DNA of 64,000 nucleotides from Alloascoidea hylecoeti (taxonomy: Eukaryota), in contig BCKZ01000019.1 of the NCBI GenBank assembly GCA_001600815.1, forward strand, positions 249,981 to 313,980, given 5' to 3'. The position numbers and the translations under genes are program-made. This document shows positions 63,079 to 64,000 of the stretch, piece after piece. Each line of letters starts with the position of its first letter. Positions within the stretch are counted from its first letter, which is position 1. The notes beneath the pieces are model-generated. The model was given only the letters and a program-made list of their open reading frames with translations. It did not search any database and was not told the DNA's origin.

Positions 63079-64000
63079 TTGTTGCTGCTGTTGTTTTTGT
63101 TGTTGTTGACGTTCTTGATGTTGTCGTTGTAATTCTAAAGCATCATTTTGTTGTTTTAATTGTTCTTGTTGATTTTGATATTGTTGGCGTTGATAATCTA
63201 ATTGTTGATCTTGTGATAAAGATGAAAGGTGTTGAGATCGATGTTGACCAGAATATTGAGTATTTCTAAAACCAATTGTTTGATTATTATTAATAATATT
63301 ACTATTTGGTCTTGAAAATCTTTGTTGTTGTTGTAAAGGTTGTTGACGGCCTCTTCTTTGAGCAGAATTAGATCTTAAAACAACATTATTTGGAGGTGGT
63401 AATTGATCACTTAATCTTGCATTACTAATACGCTGTTGTCTAATTCTTTCTCGATCACGATCAGGTGGAGTAGCATGCCCATAACCATGTAAATTTGGTT
63501 TCCTGTTAATTTCAGTATCAAAACCTCTACCACCGTTTAATTTCTTCCAATCATAATTACCATCTTCAACTTCTCCAATAGATAATAAAGCATCTGTAAA
63601 TAAACCACGTAAATAATCATAATCTGGAGTATCTTCAAAACTTAAATTTCTAACATAAGTTAAATATTGACCAAATTGAATTGGGAAACCTTCACATAAT
63701 TCCATAATAACAGTAGTTTGTTTTTTTTCACCAATTTTTTCATATTTTTGTTTGTTTGTTGGTGCTTTTAAACCCTGCCATGGTAAACTTCCTCTTAAAA
63801 AATACATAAAAACATGACCTAATGCTTCTAAATCATCACGTCTTGACTGTTCACGACCAAGATGAGTATTTATACTCATATATCGAGCGGTACCACTTAA
63901 ACTTTTCCTTTCACGATAAGGAATATGTCTCTTTGATTTTGGGTCTCTATAAAATTTAGCCATTCCAAAATCAATCATATAAATCATATCAGAAGATTTT
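62615..64000 (-). CDS. casein kinase I, Yck1/Yck2-type (5' part outside the window); poly-Q tail; probable last exon 62615-62701 ending FCCG*
   Basis: [37 protein letters not shown] and LNGGRG motifs, Gln-rich tail, and a detached [12 protein letters not shown] segment. Confidence 0.9.

Noticed and set aside
62769..63269. 166-aa poly-Val ORF
   Set aside because: Antisense reading of the kinase CAA (poly-Q) tract

Overview
AT-rich, unusually intron-rich budding-yeast (Saccharomycotina-type) chromosomal window. Housekeeping genes: SEO1, SCO1, SEC21, a 5-intron beta-tubulin, two casein kinase I genes, a FUS3/KSS1-type MAPK, FUM1, CCA1, RPL15, GCD2 and a probable MRP13. Also present: a secreted aspartic protease, a short Rnt1/Dcr1-family RNase III, an aspartate aminotransferase-like gene with altered catalytic residues, two tRNA genes (Val-UAC, Glu-UUC) and several pseudogenes (malate dehydrogenase, Ariadne RBR ligase). 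The main finding is that both tRNA genes, 37 kb apart, share the same non-LTR retrotransposon (LINE) arrangement. One family sits about 40-55 bp upstream of the tRNA and points away from it. A second family sits about 60-120 bp downstream in the tRNA's orientation, with older 3' ends stacked head-to-tail behind it. This resembles Dictyostelium TRE5/TRE3 tRNA targeting, but in a yeast. A Helitron-type PIF1 helicase relic, a Tc1/pogo-type MITE and two start codons split by introns were also found. Boundaries of degenerate elements are approximate and all homology calls were made by eye.
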